A DNA stretch of 64,000 nucleotides, from the NCBI RefSeq assembly GCF_006345805.1, contig NC_043001.1, forward strand, positions 18,228,001-18,292,000, given 5' to 3'. The notes beneath the pieces were generated by a model. The model did not search any database. It was given only the letters and a program-made list of their open reading frames with translations, and was not told the origin of the DNA. The stretch comes from Octopus sinensis. Its lineage: Eukaryota. Position 1 is the stretch's first letter. Each line of letters opens with the position of its first letter. The translations under genes were made by a program, and so were the position numbers. Below are positions 13,691 through 26,787 of the stretch, in pieces.

Positions 13691-14361
13691 CTGTGGAGAA
13701 GGAAGAGGGATAGAAAAGATGAAGTTATTCATGGAAGTTTTGTAGCTGCTGGGGAGAATCCGATGTTTTGAGAAAACAGTACAGCTTTGAAATTAAATAT
13801 TTGGTTTGAAGAAGTTCAACTTGCATATAACATTTAACTCCTAGAGTGCACGTCAGTATCTTGATTACCAACTATTAGTTTGTTAAGCAAGCTTAGTAAA
13901 TTTGTTAGCTTGACGTGTTTATTTTTAAAACCATGTGTAAACTAAACTGTGCGTAGAACTTCACAACTTCAGTTGCATTTTACTGGTTGGAGTTGAAGGA
14001 AAGCAGCTGTCTGAAGAATATCTCCCCGAGTCCAAACTACATCACCGAACCCAGTTACACTGATATTTACTTTTAAACCAGGATGTGGAAGAGAAAATAT
14101 AAAGTTTTTAGATGAATGATATGATGAGGACTAAAACAAGCAATTTTTTCCAGATAAAATGTGAAGTCTAGTCCCACTGAAGTGTTAAATGGTGTTCATG
14201 AAAAAGAGTTCTTTTGTTTGGCAATTAGAGCAGAGAAATATATATTCTTTTAAATTAAAAAAAAACAAAAACTTCCAGTTTGGAGAAGGAAAAAAAAAAT
14301 GGTGGGGGAAGATTGGACTTGCAGAACTTTGAGACATGTAGCCGAATGTGGAGGTACTTAC

Positions 14362-14443
14362 AGCAACCTGGAAGAACTTAACACAGGTCGTATAATGGCA
14401 TTAGGTGTTAGTTTCTTGTCTAGCACCAGGTAGAATCTGTGTC
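14362..14443 (-). other. DDX6: Predicted DDX6 3'UTR exon (82 nt)
   Basis: Upstream donor CCA|GTAAGT at 14535. Acceptor TGCAG at 14444 is weak in pyrimidines, with TTAAC ~33 nt upstream. Donor GCT|GTAAGT at 14361. Confidence 0.45.
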
Positions 14444-14635
14444 CTGCATGTCATATGCAAAGATTATCAAGGTTAATACAAATAAATTCAAAGTAAATTC
14501 AACAGGAACATATCCCCCTCCCAACCCAAACTTACTGGTGCTTTTCTTTGCCAGACACAGCCTGGGCCCAGCAAATAAGTCTGTAGAAACTATGTATATA
14601 TTTCTCTCCTCAAGACGCCAATGCTGCCCTTATTT

Positions 14636-14792
14636 TTATTTTGACACTTGGCCAGTCTGTTTGCAGCCATCTTCAGGACCATCTTCTGGTTTTTCCATGT
14701 GGTATTCAGCAACGTACAATGCTTTATCAATCATCTTCGGGATTGGTTTGATTTCAGTACCTAGCTCTTCTTCCACTTTGAAGAGATTGAAT
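14636..14792 (-). CDS. DDX6: DDX6 coding exon 10 ([30 protein letters not shown]...VSK, stop TAA)
   Basis: gtttcag acceptor. Conserved [17 protein letters not shown]-terminus. TAA at 14638-14636. The ten exons total 1383 nt = 460 aa + stop. Confidence 0.95.
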
Positions 14793-17369
14793 CTGAAACA
14801 TAAAAAAATTTCCGGTATCTAATACACAAAGCCAAGTATTATCTGAAATGGTTAAATAAGCTTTACAATTTCAGTATCTCATTCAAAAACGTAAATAATT
14901 TAACAGAAAATTTAAAACAACTCCAGATTTGTCTTGCAACCTAACATTGCAAAATAATCATATATGTGTTACTGCAGACTACTAACCATTCATAACAAAA
15001 CTTGCATTGAGGTAGTTTTGTAGGCTGGGAGGTGTTTCTATCCTGCCAGGCCTGTATTTGTTGCTACCCCTTACTCATATCCTCCATCTCTTACACTCCA
15101 CCACAAGTGCTGTCTAAGCAAACTTCACCCTTTACCAAGCCCAACTAATAGGGTATTGGTTCCCCTTCCCACTAATATTCACACCATCTCCCACTTCATT
15201 TCATCCCCTGTGATGCTCCAACAACAAAACTGGCCTTCCAACAGCCACCTTACCCTGCTAGGTGTACGAGACTGTAACAGACTACATTACACCATGCTAT
15301 CCAACACTCATCTGGATAGTTCTAGTTGTCCCTCTACCTAGTCCTACTATGTCCAACCCCACTGTTCATTATTATCATCATCATCGTTTAGCATCCGCCA
15401 TCCATGCTAGCATGGGTTGGACGGTTCGACCGGGGTCTGGGAAGGCAGGAGGCTGCACCAGGCTCCAGTCTGATCTGGCAGTGTTTCTACAGCTGGATGC
15501 CCTTCCTAACGCCAACCACTCCGTGAGTGTAGTGGGTGCTTTTTACATGTCACCAGCACAGGTGCCAGGGGAGGTTGGCAACAACCACAATTGGTTGGCG
15601 TTTTTTACGTGCCACTGGCACGGAAGTCAGTCAAGGCGGCACTGGCATCAGCCACGTACGGATGGTGCATTTTACATGCCACCAGCACAGGTATAGCAAC
15701 CACAATTTCCATTTGATTTTTGATGTATACTTTAATCATATACTACGCAGCTCTTACTCCTCCTCCATCCTGGCCTACTGTCAACTACCTCAATCACATT
15801 AACCAAATACAAGGCTGGTTAGAGTATCCTCTACACTTAACATAGAATGTACTCCACCCTTGTAAGGTAAATGTAATTAGGAAAGACCCTACCCCACCTC
15901 TTCTTTCCTCTAAAGTGATTGGGTACAAGGCAAGAGTAAAGTGGCCTCATGAGGTCCCTATGGTCTTGTCTCAATGTTGGTGCCAATAGAAACCAAGCCA
16001 AAGCAACAAGACCTCAAGTGTTTAAACCCATTTATTGGGAACAGCAGTTTCCAATAAAGACTTGGATCATGACCTGTTCAACCCATGCCAGCATGAAAAG
16101 CCAGACAAAATGGTGAGTAGCATACCAAAATGTTTCTATGTGGTTCACAATATACTCAAATTCAGTTGGAATATACAGACCATCTCAACCCATTAGCATT
16201 CAATATAATTGTCTAATGCAATGCTTATTCACCATTTTGTAATTAATCCTTCATTATCCCAGTTTCAAGATTTGATTATTTTTTTACAATGCCATTGCAG
16301 ATAGGCGAGATGTCTGATCCAGTTGGTTTGACTAAACCAGAATATTCAAGCCAGATATAACCAGCTTAAATGCTAAATGGCTACATATTAAAACTAAAAC
16401 CTAACCTCATCATTTAACGTCCGCTTTCCATGCTAGCATGGGTTGGACAGTTCAACTGGGGTCTGGGAAGTCCGAAGGCTGCACCAGGCCAGTCAGATCT
16501 GGCGGTGTTTCTACAGCTTGATGCCCTTCCTAACACCAACCACTCCGCGAGTGCAGTCACGGAGTTTCACATAAAAAATCTGATTCAATACTGATAAGTG
16601 AAATTTTCCTCCTTACATCTAAAAATATTAGCACCTTAACAGTTGAATTGTTTAGTAACAGCCACAGCAAAATCACAATTTTGGCCTTTACTTTAACCCT
16701 TCAGCATTCATGTCAAATGCATTAATTTGTTTTTCTGGCATCCATGCTAGTGAAGCGCTAAGAGCACCATCCGAGTGTGATCGTTGCCAGAGCAGCTAAC
16801 TGGATTCCATGCTGGTGGCACCAAAAAGCACCATTTGTGATAGTTACCAGCACATGAAAAAAACATTCAGATCAGATTGAAGCCTGGTGCAGCCATTTGG
16901 TTCGCCAGTTCTCAGTCAAATCGCCCAACCCATGCTAGCATGGAAAGCAGATGTTAAGCAATGATCATCATCATCATGCATTATCCTTTAGCTTCAAGAT
17001 TTCAATGAGACTTCACTTTTAGGTCAGATTTGGCTAGTTGAAATGCTAAATGGTTAAAATAATTTCTGTAAGCCAAATGGTTTCATAATATACAAAATGA
17101 TTAAAACTTGAATGTAAGATAGTATTAACCCTTTCGTTACTGTATTTATTTTGAGATTATCTGTGTTTCTTTCAATTATTTTAAATTTAACAAAGAATTT
17201 AGTAAAATAACTTATTAAGCTAGTGTTAGGAACTTAAATTGTGATTAAGGTTTGGTGGAAGATTTTAATGAAAAACTTATGAAAACAAGACATTAATACT
17301 ACAGAGCCAGTCTTGGCCGGGTTGGTAACGAAAGGGTTAATATGCACCTAACATTAACAGATTACTCAC

Positions 17370-17523
17370 CTGTCTTCATATGTGATTAGGTTAATTGCAA
17401 TACCTAGATGGCCATATCTACCAGATCTACCAATTCTGTGTAAATAAGTCTCTGAATATTTTGGAAAATCAAAGTTTATTACTACATTCACAGCCTGGAT
17501 GTCAATGCCTCTAGTGAACAAAT
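17370..17523 (-). CDS. DDX6: DDX6 coding exon 9 ([21 protein letters not shown]...[13 protein letters not shown]...)
   Basis: tttcag acceptor, AG|GTGAGT donor; 154 nt. Motifs V and VI. Confidence 0.97.
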
Positions 17524-17713
17524 CTGAAAGAAAAAAAATTAAACCCATTTCAAATCGCATCCAAGTTTGTAAACTGAAATCCCAACAATTGAGAGATTCA
17601 AAACAATTGCACCATTTTAGCAAAGTAACTTCCTAGACACAAACATTCGGATTAATCTGTCAAATGGAAAGCTTATTCACATCATTCTGAATTAAATATC
17701 TGATTGTTTAGAA

Positions 17714-17910
17714 CAGTGGTTTTCAACCAGGGTTCCACCAGTACAGTCAAGGGGTTCCGCAAGAAGTTACAAAACTGCTAAAATCGGCAGTAATTTTTAA
17801 TTCTCCTGTGCAGATGTGTGCATAAGACTTAAATTATTGCACAGGGGTTCCTCGAGCCAGTGGATGGTTCCTTGGGGTTCCGCTCCAGCAAAAAGTTTGA
17901 AAAGCACTGG
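17714..17910. mobile_element. hAT-like MITE (same family, opposite orientation)
   Basis: Same TIRs. TSD GTTTAGAA/GTTTAGAG. Confidence 0.85.
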
Positions 17911-20455
17911 TTTAGAGAGTTTATTTTTAGAATGATATTGTAGGGTAGGAGTGAGGTTGGATCTGGCCTTTTTGAATATGAAATAGGAATATTTGGGCCA
18001 AGTGCAGCTGGTTTAAATGTTAAAGGATTAAAACCAGTTAGTGAGATATAATGCAATAACTGGGATGGATGAAGCTATAAGAGACTGGATAGAACAACGC
18101 AAGATGTCCTGCAGCATAAGTACTGCTTAACAAGTAGCGGAGTTTCACCACCACCGCTCACTCCAAAGCCCAACCGACTTAGTCGAGGTGCCAAATCAAC
18201 ACCATTAACGAAGTACCTACGAAAATGAGTCAAAATCTCACATCTTAAAATTGGTTTATTTATAATTAATATTCTATATTAATTGAATATTTGTGAGGCT
18301 CAAAAAAAAAAAAAAAAAAAAAAAGCAAAGCTACACTCCATATTACTCTTTACTCTTTACTTGTTTCAGTCATTTGACTGCGGCCATGCTGGAGCACCGC
18401 CTTTAATCGAGCAACTCGACCCCGGGACTTATTCTTTTGTAAGCCCAGTACTTATTCTATCGGTCTCTTTTGCCGAACCACTAAGTAACGGGGACGTAAA
18501 CACACCAGCATCGGTTGTCAAGCAATGCTAGGGGGACAAACAGACACACAAACGCATATACGACGGGCTTCTTTCGGTTTCCATCTACCAAATCCACTCA
18601 CAAGGCTTTGGTCGGCCCGAGGCTTTAGTAGAAGACACTTGCCCAATGTGCCAAGCAGTGGGATTGAACCCGGAACCATGTGGTTGGTAAACAAGCTACT
18701 TACCACACAGCCGTTGAAGAGAGGTTCTATTTTCCCCACCTATTCAATATAGTTGGTGAAACTGCTATAGACCAGATCCTTTGACATCAAAGGATGAAGA
18801 CAATTTACTATCAAATTAAGATAACTTGAATTCTCTCATTCAAATGTGAAAGTGACTTAATCACCTAAGACTGGAAAACTAGATAATTAAATATAAATTA
18901 GTAAATGTGATTAGCAAATTTACTGAAATCCTGGAATTTTAAAAAACTGGTGTGAGTGATAACTTGTTAAATCAATTTGATTTAAGGTCAAAGGTCTAAA
19001 CCAATAATTCAAACCAAAAAGTTACAAGCTCAGTCAGGAGTAACCACTAATCTTATTTGCCAGGTGAGTGCAGCACTAATTTGCTTTGACAAAACTGGTA
19101 GTTACACCAACTTGGTATATAGCAGGAGTAGTGTCTAATTTGATTTGAGGTAGTTAACATCAAATAACACATTTTTCTGCTGTGTAGGACATCTGAGTTT
19201 CACCCAAGTGGCATGGGTTAGTTTGACCAGAGCTGGTAAGCTGAGGGGCTGCACCAGACTCCAGTCCGATTTGGCATGGTTTCTATAGCTGGATGCCCTT
19301 CCTAACGCCAACCACTCCAAGAGAGTAATGGGTGCTTTTGCATGGCACCAGTATCTGCCACAACTACTATTTCACTTGGCTTGATGGGTCTTCTGAAGTA
19401 CAGCATATTGTCAAAAGGTTTGTCATTTGCCACTGCTTCTGTGAGACTCAATGCTCAATAGATGCTTTTCATGTGCCTCCAACAATGGCCACAACTACGA
19501 TTTCACTTTTGAGAATTAATCAGGCTTTATCTTGAACCTTCAAGATTTTAATGAGGTACATTTTTAAAATGACTGAAAAATGAAAGACCTCAATCTAGCT
19601 GGTTTGAACAAGTAGAATATGAATATTTTGGCAGGGTTTAGCCAGTTTAGATGCTAAAGAGTAATTCTCATGACCTAGTTAGATTGAATATATGTAGGCC
19701 ATGGATTGCAAAAAGCAGAAGAATCCCAGTAGCAGTTCTGGGGAGTAAAGAATGTTGAGTAAAGGATCATAAGGTGACAACTGTAGGGATAACAAAGAGT
19801 AAGCAATTTAGGAGTAGTAGAAAGAAACTAAGCTAGTCTATGCTTTGCATGTAGCAGAAGCATATAATTCCATGTAATTTAGCATTCCAGTGCAAGGTTT
19901 GAGCTTTTGTCAAGGGCCAGCAGTTAAAGATATTTCACAACTGTAAATGAGAACTACCACTGCAGTTTTGGTAATTTGGCATCAGTCTGTGGGACAAGAA
20001 ATTAACAGCATATGTAGCAACTAAGGATTTTAATGGCATGCTGATGACTGGACAGTGAGGTACAAACGTTTCCTTCAGATTTTCAATTTCATCTGTTTAA
20101 GCAGTTATAACCTATAAAAATCCTTGTTTATGAAATTAGTATTATTTTTGAAGTGTTTAGGTTGCAACCTGACAGTATTATAGAGAGCGAAAAGTGGGTT
20201 TTTTTATCTACATAGAGCAATTTAGATAAGTTTAGGAGAGATTGCCAAAACAATTACAAACATATTTGATAACCTTGTAGTTTGGAAAAAATTTCAGGGA
20301 CTACAATATACATGAGAATGACAAACATAACATGTTTACCAATTGAACTCATTAACATAAGATTCCTGTTAGCTGATTGGGAAAATGAAAGAAATAGGAT
20401 TCAAGCAAATTGGTAATGAAAAAGCCCAAGACAATATTTTCTTGAAATTACTTAC

Positions 20456-20636
20456 CTGAGCAGACAAGATTCCTGCAAAGGCCCTGACGAAAATCATGAA
20501 AAACTCTGTTTCTGTGTTGTTGATTCATTTTTGAATGAATATAGAAACAAGAATAACCAAGTTCTGTAATCTTTTTGGCTAACAATTCTACTCTTTGAGC
20601 CGTATTACAAAATATAATGGACTGGTTTATCTGTAA
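20456..20636 (-). CDS. DDX6: DDX6 coding exon 8 ([11 protein letters not shown]...[20 protein letters not shown])
   Basis: aatcag acceptor, G|GTAAGT donor; 181 nt. Motif IV. Confidence 0.97.
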
Positions 20637-20799
20637 CTGATTACATAAAAATAAAAATGGATTAATTTTTCTGAAGAAAACATATGGTAACATGTAATAT
20701 TCACTACACATACATCGAATAATATAACGTAACCCTTTCTTGACAACATCCAAGAGGATTTTGTCATGTATTTTAAGGCCATTTTCCTTCTTATAAGAG

Positions 20800-22350
20800 G
20801 CCAGCCTTGCAAGCTTCACGAGTTCTCCATTTCACCCCTATTCTTTTCACTATTTCTCATTTCCTCCAACACTCGTGGCCACATCTTGAGTCTTCAACTT
20901 CTACATTCACTTACATATTTCCTCAGCCTAGTTACCCAGTCATCTCAGATTCCTCTTCACAACATCCATCACTGTCTTCCTATCATTCTTCTGAACTACA
21001 TGTCTTCTCAGGAAGGCTCTGCTTATTCACTGAAACATTCTCATTTACCATTCTACCCAGCCTTTCATGTTGTCCCACCCACACATCTTTTCAGGGGCAC
21101 TTCCCTTCCTCATTAGTATGCCTTTCAGCTCTAACTTCCACATGTATCTCACTAATGTTGCCAAGATCGATCCACCAGGGATGCATTTTCACACCATTCC
21201 CAAGATCTAGCTCAGCATTATACTTCACTTTATACTTCAACTACCACAATTAATCCCATCCACACCACTTCATTCTCAGCAATCACACTTGGCACATTGT
21301 ACATTTAAGAGTTCATTCCAACACTATAGTCACTTCAGCTCAGAATATATTTAAGTACTTATTCCCTTTCCACCTACATTTTGCCTCCATACATTCTTGC
21401 CTATCCAACCACTAACCAAACCATTAACACTAGAAATCACCACGGTAAACTCTATATGCTTTGAACCAGTACCTCCATCACATGGTAGAACTAGTAGACA
21501 CCTGGTGTATTCCAATCTACCCATCAACCAGTTAACTGTTCACACACTAACATTACTAACCATTCCATTGACCCTAACAAAATGGCCAGGTCATCACTTA
21601 CATGGAACCCAAATACTTTCTATCCTCAGAAAGCTCTCATTGTCCCTGTATTTCTATAACTAAAATTAGCCATTCCTCATCATTTAACATCCGTTTTCTA
21701 TGCTGGAATGGACTAAGATCTGGAAAGCCAGCAGTTGCACCAGGCTCCAATCTGATCTGGCAATGTTTCCACGGCTGGATGCATTTCCTTATGCCAACCA
21801 CTCAGAGTGTAGTGGGTGCTTTTTACGTGCCACCAGCACAGGAGCCAGTCAGGCGGGCCTGGCATCGATCACGTTTGGATAGTGCTTTTTACGTGCCACT
21901 GGCATGGGAGCCAGTGAAAGTCCACCGGTATTGGCCACATTTGGATGGTGCTCTTTAAATTCCACCAGCACTGAGCAAAGATTTAAACTACAACTTAGTC
22001 TCCCTAACACTCATTTTGTCCCTCTATATGCTTTCCTTGTAATTGCCAATCACAAATCTTTCTTCAAACATTCCATTGCCCTTTAATACATCACCCAACT
22101 AACCCTCTAGCTTTCCCCAAACTTCATTATTCTCACCACTGAAATTTTTCTAGCTATGCTAGTCCCAGAACTAGAACAGTCCCTATGTTGCAATCCCATT
22201 CTCAACCTACCCCTACTGTCTCCTCTAAATTTCAACTCCACAATTGTTCACAAGTCATCCATCAAAAAGGTAAACCCTGTCACATTCCACCTCAGACTGA
22301 AATATCCCCGAAACCACAATCCACCCATGCCTTTGTAGCTTTTTAACCGT
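20800..22350 (-). mobile_element. Heavily degraded non-LTR retrotransposon RT relic
   Basis: C/T-skewed stretch whose reverse complement contains a DDLAIL-like peptide near 21585-21565. No long ORF. Confidence 0.35.
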
Positions 22351-23319
22351 GCTTTTTCATGTGCTTATCTGTTCAGTTTCTGTTATGATTCTTAAAAAAT
22401 CCATCATCCCAACATTAATTATCACTGGTGCTATTGTCCAAGATTAGAAATTAATGGAACAACTTCCAACCAGTTTCACATTCAATTGAAACAAGGTAAT
22501 GCAATCAAAAGGTTTTAAACACATCTAGCTTTATCTATTGGTACAGGAGAATGGTTCCAGATGTACAACACCAAGATTTTGATAGAAATTTTAGCTTAAG
22601 ATATTTAAGACAGGCAGTTTCAGGAAAAATTCATATTAAATTAGGATACAGCAAGTTAGAGAAATTACTTTGCTTGCTATAAAATACTCTTAAACTTGTA
22701 CAGAAAGCAAAACATCAACCAGAAATTTTTGCAAGTAAGCTTTGTAGACACCATATTCAATTAGATGTCCAATGGCAAGTTTACCGATGTAGAATTAAAA
22801 TCTTTGCTATGCATAAAAGCTTTATTTTTGGTAAATGTATAATTTGAATGAAGGATGGTATGAGAAAGAAGAACGTGTCAAATAGCTTAATACAGCATAT
22901 TAAGCAATTTAAGACCGTTTCATGATCTGAATGGGCCAGTTTCCTATGGACAGGTATGCAGTAAGTTTAGTGACTTAAAACTGTGTCCACCCTACAGAGA
23001 ATATACTTCTTGAAGCATACAGATCAGCATTTAAACATTTGATATCCATTTAAGCTTAAGCCTAAACCAAAATTTCCAAAGGTATATTCAAACCTGGTTC
23101 TAAGCAAATGTTTCTGGGATCATACTCCAAAGCCTATATAATCTAAGTGTAGGCAGTAAATTTACAGTTTCTAAAACTAAATCCCTTTTAATGTCAAACT
23201 ATTGTATAAAGCCTAAGGGAAATTATCCCATTTTAATCATTTTGAGAACATGAGAGACGTTTAAAAAGATAATTGCTTCCATAAGATGTACCCAGTGTAA
23301 GATATGGTCACATAAAAGG

Positions 23320-24275
23320 TGCAGCAATATCAGGGGAAGGGGAAATGGTTTGTGTGTGCAGAAGGTGCATATGTATAAGAAAATAGACCAAATGCCAGGA
23401 AGGAAAACTAGTTGATAACTTCCATTACCTAGGTGACCAAGTCAGTAGCAAAGGTAGAAGACTCCAAGAGAATAGCTACTAGAATGAGAATAGGCTGGGC
23501 AAAGTTCAGAGAGCTTCCACTTGTTGGTAACAAAGGACCCCCACCTCAAAGTGAAAGGCAGATTATACGATACCAAGTGCAAACAATCATACTACACAGC
23601 AGTAAAACACGAGCTGTGACTACCAAAGACATGAGAAGGCTTAAAAGAAATGAAGCTAGTAGGCAATGTCTGTGTGTCTCAAGAGAAAAATTGGGCATAA
23701 GAGGCATCAGATGTGGTGCACAAGACATGACTACACTGGATTTGTCATGTAATGTGTATGGATGAGGACAGCTGTGCGAGGTGCTGATCTCTGTAGAAGG
23801 AACCTGTGGAAGAGGTAGACTCAGGAAGACATGGCATGAGGTGACGAAGTGTGACCTTCAAATGTTGGGCCTCATTGGCAGAAACTTTTGACAATACGCC
23901 GTGCTTAAGCCCCATCAAGCCAAGTGAAATTGCAGTGCCAGTGTCATAAGTGGCACTAATGCCAGTGACACATAAAAAGCACCTTCAAATGTTGGGCAAT
24001 ATGCTGTATGCCAGTGTTGTATATCTGGCTCCAGTGTCAGTAGCATGTAAAAAGAACCCTTCAAACTTTGGACCTCACGGAGGCAGCAACAAGTGAGACC
24101 GTAGTTGGGGGCAATGCCAGTGGTGCATAAAAACCCACTACACTCTTAGAGTGGTTGGCATTACAAAGGAAATCTAGCTGTAGAAACTATGCCAAATCAA
24201 ATGAACCTGGTGCAGCCCCCCAGCTTTCAGTCAAACCCATGCCAGGATGCAAAAACAGATGTTAATGATGCCAAA
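23320..24275 (+). mobile_element. Degraded RTE LINE 3' fragment in a DDX6 intron
   Basis: Peptide RIATRMRIGWAKFRELPL...RRLKRNEAS, followed by the RTE 3'UTR. Confidence 0.75.
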
Positions 24276-25614
24276 TCATGAATATTCTACATTGAGCATT
24301 AAATGAACTTGTAGAACAGAATTTAAGGGAGGTACATTTTACATATTTTAAGATTCACTGCAAGCATTGAAAAACCTTTGCAATTACAAAAATTACTTAT
24401 CAGTCAAATATTGCACAATTTTTTTTTTTAAATACACATTGATAGGCCACAGACCAACATTGGTCAAGCAAGCTTATTAAATGAATTCCAACTGACCATC
24501 TTGCCCTTTTGGACATTACAATGTTGGCCAACAAGCAATTTTTTTTTAAGACCAAACCTAATTTAAGGAAGATTTCACGAAGTCAAAAATCTTTACAGGT
24601 AAATATGAAATTTCATTCCAATCAATGAGAAATGCCAAAACTTGAACAATTCTGATTAAAATTATTTGCAATATGAAAGCATTTTCCATCAAGTTACATT
24701 AGGTGTTATGAGAAATAACTAGCAAAGAGCTAAAAGCTAAATTTACAGAATCTAAGCTTCAGCAAATACATTTCAAAACTGTACCATGCCGCCTTACTAG
24801 CACTTGTGCTGGTGGCACGTGAAACATTTGAGCAAGGTCATCGCCAGTGCTGCTGGACTGGCTCCTGTGCAGGTGGCACATAAGCACCATTTGGGCATGG
24901 TCGTTGTCAGTACCACCTGACTGGCCCTTGTGCCGGTGGCACGTAAAAGCACCCACTACACTCTTGGAGTGGTTGGCATTAGGAAGGGCATCCAACTGTA
25001 GAAACAGCCAGATCAGATTATAGTCTGGTTCGCCAGACCTCAGTCAAATCGTCCAACCCATGTGAGCATGGAAAACGGATGTTAAATGATGATAGAAACA
25101 TACTAAGAGAAAGATAATTGTCAAGAGAATTTACAAAGATATCTTGTCCTACCAACAGGAATGAGTTTCAATCGAAGTCCATCTCCCAACTATTCCACTA
25201 GTTTTAGCAACTGAAGAGGGATGACATTTGGAAAATTCCATCTCAGCAGGCTGGATTTGAAACATTTACTACAAAGTCATCCAGTCAGTATTCTGCAACC
25301 CCTATGAAATGAATAGACCCATCTGTTCATTGCTTTTGGAAGCTGCACATAATTATGCCCTTTAGCTTTCAGATTACCGTTAAATGTAATTAATGCTTAT
25401 TTCAGGTTAATTCAAAATGAAAAAGCTAGCTTGGGGGAAAAGCAGAAATTCAAGACCAGTTTTTTTTGTTTTACCAAGGGATAAAGCAAATAATCCAAAG
25501 TAAATTTTATGCTTATAGACATACAATACAGAAAATTTTTCTAAGTATGCTTATAGACTGATACAATACAGAAAATTTTTCCAAGTTTTGACTACATAAA
25601 ACAATTGTACTTAC

Positions 25615-25743
25615 CTTTGAGAATAGTGTATTTAAACAATGAACCTTCTGTTTTTCTCTTACATAGGCATAATACTGAGTCACACCTTTTAAGGTAAGTT
25701 CCTCCATTAGATTTATTTCGTATGGATTATTCAAATGTTTTCG
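25615..25743 (-). CDS. DDX6: DDX6 coding exon 7 ([28 protein letters not shown]...HCLNTLFSK)
   Basis: ttaacag acceptor, AAG|GTAAGT donor; 129 nt. Diagnostic DDX6 linker. Confidence 0.97.
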
Positions 25744-25875
25744 CTGTTAAAAATTAGAAGTAAATATTTATTGCATAGACTCAAAATATTTGTATCCATT
25801 TCTCAAATGGCTTTAATTCTTCAGCAACCAATTTGACTATAAAACAATTCAACATATTGCCCAGAACTTAATTCT

Positions 25876-26271
25876 GATCTTTTCGGTTTGAACGGCAGTT
25901 TTTTTCTAGCAGTGTCATATGAAAATGTCACCCATAATTATGACCCTAGTATCGATCTATTGCATTTCAATCTGCTTTAGGGTTAGGGGTGGAGCGAAGG
26001 GTATCTTCAGAAATGTAAATAAACCCAATCTGTTTCTTAAACGAGGGACATATTCATACGGCACAGAATGTTTTCACCCCAAATGGACGTCATTGATTGG
26101 TTTAAATTGCAGAAATTAAAAAAAAACAAATATCTTACAAACTATAGAATTTTCTCAAAGCCAAGAGAAAAAGATGTTTTATAAACACATTCTACCAGTA
26201 TACGAAGTTTAATAGTGTTTAGTTACGTGGAAATTATTTTTAAAAAACTGCCGTTCAAACCGATTTGATCC
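25876..26271. mobile_element. Non-autonomous TIR element with 9-bp TSD (Mutator-like MITE) in a DDX6 intron
   Basis: TIR core CGGTTTGAACGGCAGTTTTT (25884-25903) and its reverse complement (26243-26262). Flanking direct repeat CTTAATTCT at 25867-25875 and 26272-26280. Confidence 0.75.
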
Positions 26272-26571
26272 CTTAATTCTCATTGAAACTGATAATTCAG
26301 TTTTGCTAACCACATGCGAGTTTCATAAAATCTGAGTGAGATTAAACCTTTCTTCAGTGTATTTTTATCTCATTCCAAACTGATGTATGGTATCAATTAT
26401 TAAAAGAAAAAATCCAACTTCATATAATTTCCATATTTAGACATTTACAAATGCAAACTTTTGGCCACTTTACAAGGGCTCACAAATAGGGTTTAGTTCA
26501 TGTTCAGTTGCTACTGCAACACATTAAAAATATCTTTGCACTAATTATATAGTCAATTTAAACATACATAC

Positions 26572-26694
26572 CATAAAATGCTGCACAGAAACTGGGAAAG
26601 TTGCTGAATAAAGCAAGACTTGTCTGTCTCCTGGCAAATGGTTTATTATAGAGTCTAACATGTCTTTGAAATCTTGAGATAATAGTTTGTCTCC
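26572..26694 (-). CDS. DDX6: DDX6 coding exon 6 (GDKLLSQDF...[15 protein letters not shown])
   Basis: ttacag acceptor, GTATGT donor; 123 nt. Contains motif III (SAT). The first codon is GGA, making motif II DEGD. Confidence 0.96.
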
Positions 26695-26787
26695 CTGTAA
26701 GAAAAAATGAAAAATTTGTATAACTATAATATATTGATAAATGTATAAATATACGGGGGGAGAGAAAAATGAAAAAAAAAAACTTAC

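Larger units (their letters stand above)
15380..25095. repeat. Short RTE 3'-tail copies in DDX6 introns: 15380-15725(-), 16405-16560(-), 16735-16980(+), 19200-19510(-), 21680-21960(-), 24785-25095(+)
   Basis: Each carries the ggatgcccttcctaaYgccaaccactc / ccaacccatgctagcatggaaa motifs found at the 3' end of the RTE LINEs. Confidence 0.8.

Noticed and set aside
14121-14180. C box ATGATGA and D box CTGA 60 nt apart (snoRNA-like)
   Set aside because: It is antisense to the host transcript and has no terminal stem.
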